Shown here: positions 11,953 through 23,795 of the stretch, piece by piece
How the letters are laid out: the number at the start of each line of letters is the position of its first letter
Position numbering within the stretch: position 1 is the stretch's first letter
Source of the DNA: Pachysolen tannophilus NRRL Y-2460
Taxonomy: Eukaryota
Length of the DNA: 64,000 nucleotides
Direction: 5' to 3'
NCBI GenBank assembly: GCA_001661245.1
Contig: KV454013.1
Location: 439,981-503,980, forward strand
Notes under the pieces: model-generated
Database searches by the model: none
What the model saw: only the letters and a program-made list of their open reading frames with translations
What the model was told of the DNA's origin: nothing
Made by a program: the position numbers and the translations under genes

Positions 11953-12210
11953 TCTTTTCTCAAACTGTTATTCTGATTGTATGTATGTATGTATGTATTA
12001 TGATTATTATTTTATATATTGTATATTTATCTTTGACAGAGAGTTAATACGCCTTTATTTAAAAAGTTATACTAAAAAATCAACTTAAAAAAAAAAAAAA
12101 AAAAAATTAAAATACAAATTTTACAAAACAAATCACAACTACTATTATAAACATACAAATATATCGATATATATATATATATATATGATCTATATATGTT
12201 TCTGTTATAA

Positions 12211-13212
12211 ATGTCTTTAGTCCTATTTAAGCAATAATGGAGGATAAAATGAACAACTCTGAGAATCATCAAGTTAGTAAATTATCTTCAAAAATAAGTA
12301 AAACTACAAAAAAAAAAAAAAAAAAATAAAAATAAAAATAAAGATACATACCCATAATAATACGTAACTCCAGCCCAAAAATTTCGATATTATACGTTAA
12401 AATCATCAGATGGTATATCTGTTGATTTTTTGTTTTTAAACACGTTGGGATACTGTGCTTATCTTACGTCGTTATCATTGCAAGTTTATAACAATAATGT
12501 AAGAGACGAATTCCATCAGAAATATGATCATTACCCTTTGTTGAGTTATATTGATGTCATATATGCTCTGCATGGGTTGATATTGAATTTAGTAACAATT
12601 TCTCAGATTTTTTGTTCTGGATATAAAAGAACTGTTAGCAAAAGGGTTAGTTTTTTCACAAAATGTTTTTATTGTTTTTTTTTAGTTATTGTTGGTTTCC
12701 AATTATTATTAATCAGATCTCGAAAACTTTTATTACTTGAACTTGTGATAAACCTTTCATATATCAAAGTTTTGATTAGCTTTTTAAAATATTTACCTCA
12801 ACTAATGCATAATTATAAGAGAAAATCGTGCTCAGGTTTTTCTATAACTCAAATATGGCTCGACTTATGCGGAGGTACTTTTGCATTGCTGCAGTTGTTC
12901 TTGGATAACATTGTTGAGAATGACAGTAAGCTCAATTTGGAAGAATTACTAAATAATAAGGGGAAATTGGGATTGAGTCTAGTTACTTTCTTCTTTGATT
13001 CCGCTTTTTTAATTCAATATTATATCATCTATAAAAACTCGGCTCCTTTTGTACAGGACTTCAAGACTTCATTCCCACAACCACAGATATCTCAAAGCTT
13101 AGACTCACAGTCTCAGATACCATTACAGCCATTATCCTCGCCATTGTTGCCGTTGTCGTCATCGTCGGTGTCATCGTCGTTGTCGCACTCAAAACAGCAT
13201 CAACTTGTCTAG
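12211..13212 (+). pseudogene. ERS1: Cystinosin/Ers1 PQ-loop vacuolar cystine transporter, interrupted as assembled by an internal inversion (~12227-12389)
   Basis: Plus strand 12391-13212 encodes YTLKSSDGISVDFLFLN...KYLPQLMHNYKRKS...GKLGLSLVTFFFD..FLIQYY. The missing first helix SKFLGWSYVLLW/SCSFYPPLLL and an intron are on the minus strand at 12389-12227. As assembled, ATG 12211 reads MSLVLFKQ-stop. Confidence 0.85.
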
Positions 13213-13493
13213 ATTAGAACAATACAAAGTAGTGTATATACATACCAACGTACCTTTTTGGGACGAATATAATTTCTCAATTTCTATACAACACATTGAA
13301 TTAGTCTTCATAAAATAATGATAATAATAAAAATAATTTAATTTTATATATCATTTACTTTAGATTTATTCAATAGAAATATAATAGAAATCTCTTGGGA
13401 AAGTAGAGACTTTATAAGGAAAAAAAAAATTAGCTGTGAAGATACAACCTTTTCGTTTTTTTTTTTGAAAAACAGAAGGGAAAAATAAAAATA

Positions 13494-13525
<32 letters not shown>

Positions 13526-13791
13526 AAAAAACTGTAATAGCGGTTACAGCATAATTTTATTTGTCTATTCTTGTGAATTTTGATAGAAGGATAATAACTC
13601 ATACTCATCATTAACTAATCATTTTGAATTTATTGGTGAGGTGTGTGTGTTTTCTTTTTTTTTTTTTTTTTATTTTTTTCTGAAATTAGTCTTGTCATAT
13701 TTCAAAAATAGAAGAGTAATTTGTTTTATCAACTTTCAAGTTTATTTGCTAAGTATAATTAAAAGAAAAATAATAGGAATAATATAAAAAA

Positions 13792-15087
13792 ATGAATTTT
13801 TCGGATTCTCAACATAGCGAAGATATTTCCAAAGATGTTCCCATGGTTGATATGAATTCAAATAAAAATAATACTATATCGAGTTCATCACATATATCTG
13901 GGGAGGGTTCCGAGAATCCTTTATCATCTTCATCTTCATCTTCAGCATCAAGTTCAAATAATCCAAATCCGAATAGCGCCTCGTCTATGAATCTAGACGA
14001 AGATGTGGATCATACTTCTTCAAAGATAAGTTCTGCAGGTGATTTTGGTGAACCGATTCATCCAATGCGAAGAAAATCAACCATAATCTTAACTGATGAA
14101 CCGGAACAGCAACATCAAGAATCTCTGCAAAGAGGGGACCAAGGACAAGATCAACAACACCAGCAAGACCAGAAACTCACTGATGGAAACTCAAACGAAA
14201 ATGATAATATGAATGTTGATTACAGAAATAACGAGGAAGACGAAGGTACTCAAAGCCGGAATTCCACTCAGCAGGATCAGCAATCTTCAGAACATCCTGA
14301 ATTGATTCCAGTTGAGTTAAGCTGGGTTCAAGGAGGCTCAAGAGTATTTGTAACAGGTTCATTCACTGGGTGGAGGAAAATGATAGCGTTAAATGGACCT
14401 TTTACAGATGGCTCATTTAATGTAAAATTATCATTGCCACTGGGAACTCATCGTTTTAGATTCATTGTAGATAATGAACTACGATTTAGTGATTTTTTAC
14501 CAACAGCAACCGATCAGATGGGTAATTTTGTCAATTACTTGGAAATATTACCTCATGCTCCACAAATTGATGATTTAAATGCCACACTTGATAAGACAAA
14601 TTTAAATAACGAGGAAAGGAAACTTTCCAAATTTGATAGAAATGACAAATCAACAAAATCGATATCGACAATAGACCGTCTTACAAATGACGATGACGAC
14701 ATGGGAGATGGATACTCTAGATATCATGATGACGAAGAAAATTTACAACCATGCGAAAAACAGTATCTTCAAGATATACCTCCGATTTTCACAGACCCAA
14801 AAGTGATGGAACAATATTATTTGACCCTTGATAACAACCAACAAAACAACAATAACAACCAACAATGGTTGATTCCTCCACAATTACCCCCACATTTAGA
14901 AAGTGTCATTTTAAATAATTTCAGCAATGACAAAGATAATAATGCTGGGTCATTACCTATCCCAAACCATGTTGTCCTCAATCATTTGGCAACAACAAGC
15001 ATCAAGCATAATACTCTAGCTGTGGCAAGTGTCGTCAGATACCAAAGAAAGTATGCCACTCAAATCTTATATGCTCCATTACAGTAG
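13792..15087 (+). CDS. GAL83: SNF1/AMPK beta subunit (Gal83/Sip2 family)
   Basis: Glycogen-binding domain WVQGGSRVFVTGSFTGWRKMI..GTHRFRFIVDNELRFSDFLPTATDQMGNFVNY and ASC domain PPQLPPHL..LPIPNHVVLNHL..KYATQILYAPLQ. Confidence 0.9.
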   Translation: MNFSDSQHSEDISKDVPMVDMNSNKNNTISSSSHISGEGSENPLSSSSSSSASSSNNPNPNSASSMNLDEDVDHTSSKISSAGDFGEPIHPMRRKSTIILTDEPEQQHQESLQRGDQGQDQQHQQDQKLTDGNSNENDNMNVDYRNNEEDEGTQSRNSTQQDQQSSEHPELIPVELSWVQGGSRVFVTGSFTGWRKMIALNGPFTDGSFNVKLSLPLGTHRFRFIVDNELRFSDFLPTATDQMGNFVNYLEILPHAPQIDDLNATLDKTNLNNEERKLSKFDRNDKSTKSISTIDRLTNDDDDMGDGYSRYHDDEENLQPCEKQYLQDIPPIFTDPKVMEQYYLTLDNNQQNNNNNQQWLIPPQLPPHLESVILNNFSNDKDNNAGSLPIPNHVVLNHLATTSIKHNTLAVASVVRYQRKYATQILYAPLQ

Positions 15088-15380
15088 GATCCATCTTAGG
15101 GCTCCTCTTTAAATACATTCCATGAAAAAAAGTTTACATTTACAAATAAATAAATTAGATTACAAATCCTTTTTCTTTCATCCATTTTCTTACTTCGTTC
15201 TGAAAACAAGTCTCTAGTCATATATAAGTGTATAGATAGAAACCATATTTGATAAGAACAAATAATATAATTCAAATTTTTAATGCAGAAACTAGATCCT
15301 ACACCATCTCCTCTGCGCAATGCAAACTTCCCAATCAAGTATTTAATTTCCTAATTGGAAAGAACTAAAAACTGCTATTT

Positions 15381-15388
15381 GTAAACAA
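15381..15388 (+). promoter_or_regulatory. Forkhead (Fkh1/2)-like site upstream of KIP3
   Basis: GTAAACAA, with an imperfect Mcm1-like TTTCCTAATTGGAAA about 20 bp upstream. Confidence 0.35.
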
Positions 15389-15794
15389 GAGAAAAAAAAA
15401 GAATAAAAAAATAAATAAATAAAAACAAATCAAACTAAAGCCAACATAAGTTTATAGCTGAACTTGTTAGTGTTATATCCAAACCTGATGTTATAGAGGA
15501 AGGATATTGGGGCATTTCTTTTTTTCAAGATTTTATTTAGAAGCAGATTTAAGGTATTTGATTTTTATTTTGGATCAACTGTTTTGTTTTGATTTTTGGA
15601 AGTCTTGGAAAGAAAACAGGAGAGAGAAGAGAGGAAAAAAAAAAAAAAAAAATAGAAGAAAAAGGTTAGATTTCTGTTGCATTTGATAATAGAGAACTTG
15701 ATAAAGATCAATAATATATATGATTTTAGCCACTAGTTGAGGCATTAGGAACCCCTCTTGTGAATACAGTATATGCTATAGAGGCTAATATATT

Positions 15795-18749
15795 ATGACT
15801 TCAAAAGAATCATCCATTACAGTGGCAGTAAGAGTGAGACCATTCACGCAACATGAACAAAATCATTTAATAGAACACGTTCCAGATCAGGTTTTTCTAG
15901 GAGATGGCGCTTTGTCTCTGAAACCTAAGCATTCACAACAGATGAAATTTCAGCCGAAGGGGATTAGGAAAATATTAAATATTGTCGATGACAGAATGTT
16001 AATTTTTGATCCATCGGAGACAAACCCTCTTAATAACATTGACACAAATTCATTTAACAATGGAGGAAACCAAAGATTGAGTGCTGGTGGGAGTAGTGGG
16101 AATTCGGGCTCTGGAAGCTTTATCGGTAAACATAGCAATAGGATCAGAGAGCATAGATTTGTATTTGATAGGTTATTCGATGAAGGAGCACAACAAGAAG
16201 AAGTGTATAATAATACTACAAAACCTTTATTGGATAGCATATTGGATGGCTTCAACGCTACTGTTTTTGCATATGGTGCAACTGGATGTGGAAAGACGCA
16301 TACGATTACAGGAACACCAAATTCGCCAGGGATCATTTTTTTAACAATGAAAGAATTGTTTGAAAAAATTGACCTGATGAGTGATACTCACACCATTGAA
16401 CTATCTCTAAGTTATCTAGAGATTTATAATGAAACTATAAAAGATTTGTTGAATCCATCACCGGCGCTGGGTCCAAAATCGCTTCTGCTAAGAGAAGACG
16501 AAAATAAAAGAATATCAGTTTCCAATCTTTCTGTATATAAGCCGCAATCGGTAGATGAAGTCATGGAATTAATAACCATTGGAAATGAAAACAGAACTAT
16601 ATCTCCAACAGAGGCAAATTCTACCTCATCTAGGTCTCATGCTGTCTTGCAAATTAATGTCGACTCGAAAAATAGAACTGCAAATATTGATGAAGACCAT
16701 GCTTTTGCAACGTTGTCGATAATTGACTTAGCAGGTAGTGAAAGAGCTTCTGCAACTAAGAACACAGGTGAACGGTTACATGAGGGAGCCAATATAAACA
16801 AATCGTTATTGGCTTTAGGAAATTGTATTAATGCCTTGTGTGATCCCAGAAGAAGAAATCATGTTCCATACAGAGACTCTAAGCTAACCAGGTTATTGAA
16901 ATTTTCCTTAGGTGGAAATTGTAAAACTGTAATGATAGTATGTGTATCACCTTCGTCTCTTCATTATGATGAGACATTGAATACTTTGAAATATGCCAAC
17001 AGAGCCAAAGAAATTAAGACTAAAGTCATGAGAAACCAACAAAATTTAACCAGACACGTTGGATCATATTTGAAAATGATTACTGAGCAGAAACAAGAAA
17101 TTGAAGAGTTAAGAACAAGAGAATCCAGAGTTGTAGAACAGAATGTAATGAAACAGAACTTACAGCGAGAGAAATGTCAAAAGAGGCTGTTAGAGTCATT
17201 AGATGAGTTAGATAAAAGTATTAAGAGAAATCAAGCACAGATGAATAGTAAAGCATGCATATTAGCTAAGAGGAAATTTTTGATGATATTCAAGAAACAT
17301 ATAGACGATTTTTTACTTTCATTTAACGAGTTGTTTGGTACAAATGAAGATGATTTCACAGAGATGGATTCAATTTTACCTGGTTTCAGTTCAATATTGC
17401 ATATCTCAGAGACATTAACCACCAAATTGGTTGTTCAGATTGAAGAATTGGAAAATTTATATTTGAAAGAAAATGATTTGGATTTAATTTTGAATAATTC
17501 TTCTAAATCTATATTACGTAAACTCTCTGAGTTAGATGGTTGGAACTCTTTTGATTCAATTAATTTTGAATCACATATTAGTAAATTGAGAGATTCAGTG
17601 GAAAAGGAAGTTTTATATCAAAGCTCTATATTAATAGATCAATCATTAAACAAGTTATCGTCATTTCGTTTCTTGTCCTATAGTTTATTGAAGTTATTAA
17701 AACTTAATATCAATAGCGAGAATGTGAATTTGGTTTCTTTAAATGAGATAACCCGTGATATTCAAAGTAAACTAAATGATTTGTTACATGATGAGATGAA
17801 TTTAGTTGTTGAATCATCTTTTGTATCCAAATCTATAAAAACTTCTCCACCAACTTTATCCCATAAAAATTCGTTTTCCATAATGAGTATGAACAAAAGA
17901 GCAAATTCACCTATGCATAAGTCTCCAACCAAAATTTCGAAACCAAGATCACCTTTGAAAACGACAAAACCTATCAAGAAAGTTAGATGGAGTGTTCCAT
18001 CTCCATCTAATGATTCTAGTATACTGGGTGAGGAGTTTGAAAACGACTATAGTGCAGAAAATACAGATACGGATGTCGAAATGAACGATCTTACACCATT
18101 ACATGAAAAGTTACAAAAAGAAATGAATATATCTCCTGCAAAGGAAAAATATAAGGAAAATAATGGAAATAATAGATTGCCTGCGTTAAAAGGTTCTAGA
18201 GTTAAAGCAAGTTTGACAAGCCGAAAACTTATTCCGCCAACATTAAATAACAAAGAAAACCAGGTAGAACTGACTGGTAACATTTCATTTAGTAACAAAA
18301 ACAGTGGAGACTTATCCCCATCGAAAACTAATTTTACATTTACTGCTCCATCACAGCTAGTCGTCAACGAAAAAGAAACTACTAGATTATCAGAAACCCC
18401 CCATTTTAGTAATCTCAACAATAAACATGAAGATGATAAAGAATTGGGATATATAATCGATGGGTCACCAACACGACAAAAAAAATTCAGCTTGGGTCCA
18501 CCACAGAGAATATTCATGCCTCTCAAACCCTCCTCTAGTGGTTCTATTCAAGAAGTTGGTGATTCCTCAAATATGAAACTATCAGATGGAATCGATGAAA
18601 ATAGTATGATAGTGAGTAACAATGATTTTATTAGAAATAAGAATGTTGAAAGAATTGATGGAGCTAGTTCAGCAGACAGTGATAAGAATAATGAAAACAG
18701 TGAAAGTCCTATGAAGAGTGTTTTTGGAAATATTACTTCCATATTTTAA
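15795..18749 (+). CDS. KIP3: Kinesin-8 motor
   Basis: SSITVAVRVRPF, P-loop YGATGCGKT, SSRSHAVLQI, DLAGSER, HVPYRDSKLTRLLKFSLGGNC, HVGSYLKMITEQK. Confidence 0.93.
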   Translation: MTSKESSITVAVRVRPFTQHEQNHLIEHVPDQVFLGDGALSLKPKHSQQMKFQPKGIRKILNIVDDRMLIFDPSETNPLNNIDTNSFNNGGNQRLSAGGSSGNSGSGSFIGKHSNRIREHRFVFDRLFDEGAQQEEVYNNTTKPLLDSILDGFNATVFAYGATGCGKTHTITGTPNSPGIIFLTMKELFEKIDLMSDTHTIELSLSYLEIYNETIKDLLNPSPALGPKSLLLREDENKRISVSNLSVYKPQSVDEVMELITIGNENRTISPTEANSTSSRSHAVLQINVDSKNRTANIDEDHAFATLSIIDLAGSERASATKNTGERLHEGANINKSLLALGNCINALCDPRRRNHVPYRDSKLTRLLKFSLGGNCKTVMIVCVSPSSLHYDETLNTLKYANRAKEIKTKVMRNQQNLTRHVGSYLKMITEQKQEIEELRTRESRVVEQNVMKQNLQREKCQKRLLESLDELDKSIKRNQAQMNSKACILAKRKFLMIFKKHIDDFLLSFNELFGTNEDDFTEMDSILPGFSSILHISETLTTKLVVQIEELENLYLKENDLDLILNNSSKSILRKLSELDGWNSFDSINFESHISKLRDSVEKEVLYQSSILIDQSLNKLSSFRFLSYSLLKLLKLNINSENVNLVSLNEITRDIQSKLNDLLHDEMNLVVESSFVSKSIKTSPPTLSHKNSFSIMSMNKRANSPMHKSPTKISKPRSPLKTTKPIKKVRWSVPSPSNDSSILGEEFENDYSAENTDTDVEMNDLTPLHEKLQKEMNISPAKEKYKENNGNNRLPALKGSRVKASLTSRKLIPPTLNNKENQVELTGNISFSNKNSGDLSPSKTNFTFTAPSQLVVNEKETTRLSETPHFSNLNNKHEDDKELGYIIDGSPTRQKKFSLGPPQRIFMPLKPSSSGSIQEVGDSSNMKLSDGIDENSMIVSNNDFIRNKNVERIDGASSADSDKNNENSESPMKSVFGNITSIF

Positions 18750-19020
18750 AGTTTTCATTCAAATATACCCACCTAAAAGTATTCCCCCTCCCTTATAATC
18801 ATTAGCTACATATATAATAGTTTTACTATTTTCGCCAATAGGAGCATTTGAATATTTTATAAATTTTATTTGCATATCTGAACTCCAACAATTTCCTGTA
18901 GAAATCTTTTTATACATCTAAAAGTAGTAGTACTAGGAACCCCTAAAAAAAGAGAAAAAAAATCAAGTCAAAATTATATAAAAATATAGATATTATTTTA
19001 TTTCATTAGAACTTCAAATC

Positions 19021-19518
19021 ATGAGTTACTTTCTATTGAGACAGTCCTTGTTTGGAAATCAATTCCATCTTTCTACGAAACGTTTTGTTGCGAGGACGCC
19101 TTTAAGATTATCATTGACGAATTCATTGTACTCAAGAAATTTTACGTTATCTCTTACTAGATTAAATGAAAAGAGATCCACTTCAGCAAATGATCACAAT
19201 GATCACAACGAACAGCAACTATTAGAGAAAGAGATCAAGGAAAAGCACCATCAAAAGTTTTTAAAAGAAGAAATTAAATATGAGCATGAACATGAACATC
19301 CTAAGCCATACAATCCCCACGTAAGTAAAAAAGTGATTTATAAACTATAAAGTATTATTTCATTGACTAATTTTTTTTATATGTATTTTTGATTTTAGAG
19401 GGAATTTTACAGGACATTACTGAAACCTTTCCTGAAAGTTTTGGGAATAACAATGGTAACATATTATTCATTAATTTATTTGTGGGAGTATTTGGATAAG
19501 ACGTCAGATAAAAGTTAG
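19021..19518 (+). CDS. Small predicted mitochondrial single-pass membrane protein (possibly Ina17-like); 2 exons
   Basis: join(19021..19320,19399..19518). Intron GTAAGT..GACTAAT..TAG, phase 0. Arg/Ser/Leu-rich presequence-like N-terminus; exon 2 adds REFYRTLxKPFxKVLGITMVTYYSLIYLWEYL (x = CTG), a TM segment. Confidence 0.7.
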
Positions 19519-19722
19519 AAGGTTACTTAAAATTTATATCAAGTTCAACAATTCTGCAAGTTTTTGCATCTTGTATTGAAAGCTACATTACATTAGGTAA
19601 CTCGAATACATACATACATATATATATATATATAATGACCAATGAATATTCTTTTTTTTTTCAAGTAAAAAAAATTTTTTTTTAAAAGATATGTTTTATT
19701 ATTTTAATATCATTTGAATTCT

Positions 19723-21105
19723 TCATAATTTAAGTTCTGATTTCAATTTCTTTTCAACAGCATCCAAGAATTCTGTGGTGGTAACATAATCGGATCTATT
19801 AGTATGACCTCCTGCAAGAGCTAAATCTTTTGTCATGATACCATCAACTTGAACTGTATCTATAACGACTTTTTCTAAAGTTTCTGCAAATTTAATAACG
19901 TCTGGGGTGTTATCCAATTTACCTCTTTGAATTAAACCTCTGGTCCAAGCGAAAATTGAAGCAATAGAATTTGTCGAAGTTTCTTTACCCTGTTGATAAA
20001 ATCTGTAATGTCTAGTAACAGTACCATGAGCAGCTTCTGATTCAAAAGCTTTACCATCTGGAGTCATTAATACAGATGTCATTAAACCTAATGAACCAAA
20101 ACCTTGGGCAACAATATCCGATTGAACATCACCATCATAATTTTTCAAAGCAAGAACAAACCCACCTTTAGACTTGATCATTTGAGCAACGATATCATCA
20201 ATAAGACGATGTTCGTATGTTATACCAATTTTTGAGAATTCTTGTTTATAAGTAGAATCATAAACTTCTTGGAAAATATCTTTAAATCTACCATCATATT
20301 TTTTTAAAATAGTGTTTTTAGTTGCCAATTTTAAATCCATCTTCTTACTCAATGCCATCTTAAATGAAGAATGAGCAAAACCAGTAATCGATTCATCAGT
20401 ATTATACATTGCTAAACCAATACCAGCACCTTTAAAATCAAAAACGTTTAAAGTCTTTGGTTCACTACCATCTGCAGGAGTATATTTTAATTCCAAAGTA
20501 CCAGCACCTGGAACTAATAAATCTGTAGCCTTGTATTGATCACCATGAGCATGTCTACCAATGATAATTGGTTTTTCCCAACCAGCAACCAATCTTGGAA
20601 CTTTTGATCCAATAATAATAGGCTCTCTGAAAACAGTACCATTCAATATATTTCTAATAGTACCATTTGGAGATTTCCACATTTCTTTTAAATTGAACTC
20701 TTCTACTCTAGCTTCATCCGGAGTAATTGTAGCACACTTAACACCAACACCATATTTCTTTATAGCATTAGCAGCTTCAACAGTAATCTTATCATCTGTC
20801 TTATCTCTTGACTCAATACTTAAATCATAGTACTTCAAATCAATATCCAAGTAAGGATTGATCAATTTTTCCTTAATAAATTTCCAAATGATTCTAGTCA
20901 TCTCATCACCATCCATCTCAACAATTGGGTTCTTAACTTTAATCTTACCCAAAGATTGTTGAGATTGGTGAAACAAACGACGCTGTGAAAGATAATTAAA
21001 GTATCTTCCACTAACCGAACCACTAGCAACTACGGAAGCGCTATAAACAGTTTTAGCAGCAGCAAATCCAGCTCCTCTGATCTGAGATTGTCTTGTAGAA
21101 AGCAT
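19723..21105 (-). CDS. IDP1: NADP-dependent isocitrate dehydrogenase, mitochondrial
   Basis: Presequence, then [51 protein letters not shown]. Confidence 0.95.
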   Translation of the reverse strand: MLSTRQSQIRGAGFAAAKTVYSASVVASGSVSGRYFNYLSQRRLFHQSQQSLGKIKVKNPIVEMDGDEMTRIIWKFIKEKLINPYLDIDLKYYDLSIESRDKTDDKITVEAANAIKKYGVGVKCATITPDEARVEEFNLKEMWKSPNGTIRNILNGTVFREPIIIGSKVPRLVAGWEKPIIIGRHAHGDQYKATDLLVPGAGTLELKYTPADGSEPKTLNVFDFKGAGIGLAMYNTDESITGFAHSSFKMALSKKMDLKLATKNTILKKYDGRFKDIFQEVYDSTYKQEFSKIGITYEHRLIDDIVAQMIKSKGGFVLALKNYDGDVQSDIVAQGFGSLGLMTSVLMTPDGKAFESEAAHGTVTRHYRFYQQGKETSTNSIASIFAWTRGLIQRGKLDNTPDVIKFAETLEKVVIDTVQVDGIMTKDLALAGGHTNRSDYVTTTEFLDAVEKKLKSELKL

Positions 21106-21550
21106 TGCCTATTTTTCTTCCCAAAAACTTCAATTCAATGAAATATATATATATATATATATGGATATATATATGGATATATTTATATATATATATATAA
21201 GTCAAAATAACGAGTATTAATAATGACTGATACAACCTCTCTTATTTTGCTGAAAAATTATTTCGGTCCGTTGAAGGAAGCAAAAGATGTTAGCGGACAA
21301 CGAGAAAATTTCAGCAAAAATGATGGGCATATCGGCGGGCTGAAATGTGCACATTCTAAAGTTGTAAAAGCGGTACAAACGTTAAGTGCGCACGCTGAAA
21401 GTCTCAGATGATGTCCAAGATCTGGGTAGTGTAATTCAAATAAAAAACATCCCGAATAGGAATACAACATTCGGGAGGCTATTTGCAACAAGATGATCCA
21501 AAATAGTTCGAAAAAGGGAATTTTTATAAAACTATTTGATTTCTATTATT

Positions 21551-21560
21551 TAACCGCCGA
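21551..21560 (+). promoter_or_regulatory. URS1 (Ume6)-like element upstream of CST9
   Basis: TAACCGCCGA, one mismatch to TAGCCGCCGA, about 80 bp before the ATG of an early-meiotic gene. Confidence 0.5.
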
Positions 21561-21638
21561 TAAAAGGGGAAATAAGAAAGAATGTTATTTGAAGAACTTT
21601 CTTTGGAATGCTTTTAATTGAAACTATTGGGCCTGATC

Positions 21639-23242
21639 ATGGATTTGGTTCAGCCTTTTATATATTGCGGTGTATGCCATAAGGATGGAACGTATAATGA
21701 TGGAGATGGGAAAGCAGACCCCTTTTGGCTAACCTCATGTGCTCATATACTATGTAGGGAACATGTTGGTGGAAGTAAGGATTACAGTTATTGATCTAGA
21801 GAAATATGATGAAGATAATGGAAACGAGCTAACAGTGGCGATATGTTTATTTTTTTTTTCTGTTCTTCTTTTTTCTTTGCTTAGAAATGTTGAGACCTGC
21901 AGATTTGGAAAGATTGAGAATAAGATGTCCAGTTTGTCAAACACAGGAAGTTTCTGTGGTGAGATTATCAAATAACGTATGTATCAGTCCTGTTATTGAT
22001 GAGCTATATGAATGATTGAGGGTATCTAACTTTTTTTTTTTTTTCTTTTTTTTTTTTTGCAAAACAATATAGTTGCCAGGAGACTTGAAACCTTATTTTA
22101 AACCATTCCCATCTCAAATTGAAGCATTATTTGCTGCTGCTCAATTTCAATACTGTGGTATGGCAGAGTTGATATCTCATCAAAAAAAATTTATTGATAA
22201 ATTGTTTAATAAGATTGACAAACAGAAGCAGTTATTATATGCAGCAAAAGCAGAAGTTTCACAAGTTGAAGATTTAAAAATTAAAATGACAAATCTTGAA
22301 AAACTGAACTTGATGCTAAATAAAGAACTACAAAATATTAAATTGGGATATCAAAATGAAAGACAAGGTGGTAATAGTCAATTTAGTAGTTCAATAGCAT
22401 CTATAACAAATAGAAAAATAACTCCTTCTCGACCGGAAACAGTTGATTTGACCCATTTTGATGATGAAAATGAACAAGATAACAGTGATAACAATAATCC
22501 GAAAAATCATGAAACTTTTATAAGAAAAATTCAGCAAAGCTCCACATTGAAGAAGATTCCAACAAGCTCGCAGCAACAGCAACGTCTACAGCTCCACCAA
22601 CCTTCATTTCTAACACTTTCATCTACTGCTCACAGTCAAGATAAGAATTTACATATCTCAACTGGCACTGGCACTGGTACTGGCCGTCTTGGAAATATCA
22701 GAGCAGCTACTGATCAGCAGCGGTATTACAATAGTGATGAATCAGGTTTGGATAATGAGTTTAATAATTCAGGTTTAAATAATACCTTAAAACCAATTAT
22801 GGCAGAATCTACAAATCTTTTCCATTCTCCATTTATGAATAATCAAAATAAAATATCAAATAATGGAAGCGGTAATACAAGTAGTACAACCACAAACTCT
22901 AGCTTATCAGGTAGACAGACAAACAATAACTTAATTGTCAATAGATCAGCATCAATGAGCCCTCTAACTAGTCATGGAAAAACTTCTTTAGAAGGTAACT
23001 TACTGTTAAATAATAATAAACTATCAACGATACCTAGGAACAATAACATTAATCCGAAGAAACCTGGTAACAATAGCATAAGGAATAGATCAGCTACTAC
23101 ACAGAATATCGTTCAAAGATTAACATCTCATATGAAAGTTGGTGGAGGAAATAAAAATCAAGTTACGTTAAATACAACTAACGGTAGGTTAGGAACAACT
23201 AATAACTCAAATAATAGATCACCGCTTCCCAAGAGAAATTAA
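21639..23242 (+). CDS. CST9: Meiotic RING-finger SUMO E3 ligase Zip3/Cst9; 3 exons
   Basis: join(21639..21774,21885..21976,22073..23242). Splicing gives MDLVQPFIYCGVCH..FWLTSCAHILCREH..RCPVCQ..LPGDLKPYF..AQFQ, matching the Cst9 RING. Introns GTAAGG..GCTAAC..TAG and GTATGT..TCTAAC..TAG. Position next to COX8 matches S. cerevisiae. Confidence 0.88.
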
Positions 23243-23451
23243 ATTCAGATGAGGATATTCCGCTTTCTCGCTACGATAGAACAAAACCGCAACTTTAGAA
23301 AAAAAAAATACTTTATTTTATTTTCTCACCTCGTTGATAATAAATAATTGTAGTAAAGAAGATAAAAAAAATTATAAAATCCATTTAATTTGTTTTCATT
23401 TCTTATTTAACAAATAAAGAATATAATAGAGCCCACAACAATGGAAATAGC

Positions 23452-23795
23452 TTATATATTTCCTGCTCTCTTTAATTGAACGTAACAGGCAAAAAATGGA
23501 ATACCAAAACCAGCAGCTAATAGCAAGAAAGTAAAAAAAAATTTTTTTGTTAGTAATTCAAATTTGAAACTAAAGAAAAAGTCGAATTCAACAATTCATG
23601 AATTCAAATAGCAAGTTACTTACCGAAAAATATGAAATGTGGAATAGCGTATGGAACTCTTCTGTTTTTAACCTTGAATGGCAAGTTTGAGTATGGACCA
23701 ACATCACCATGTCCTGAAAGTTTCTGGGAAGTTGAAGATAAGAATCTTCTAGTTGTTAACTGCTTAACTGGAGCTTGGGCAATACGAGAGAACAT
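23452..23795 (-). CDS. COX8: Cytochrome c oxidase subunit VIII (VIIc family); 2 exons
   Basis: complement(join(23452..23516,23624..23795)). MFSRIAQ..GPYSNLPFKVKNRRVPYAIPHFIFFAAGFGIPFFACYVQLKRAGNI. Intron GTAAGT..TACTAAC..TAG. Confidence 0.92.

Noticed and set aside
12237..12330. Plus-strand ATG (MEDKMNN...) as ERS1 exon 1
   Set aside because: No in-phase splice to the ERS1 frame; it is the antisense reading of the inverted exon.
19723..19734. C-terminal LKL of Idp1 as a peroxisomal signal (dual targeting)
   Set aside because: The -3 codon is CTT (Leu), not CTG, so it does not become AKL, and LKL is a poor PTS1.
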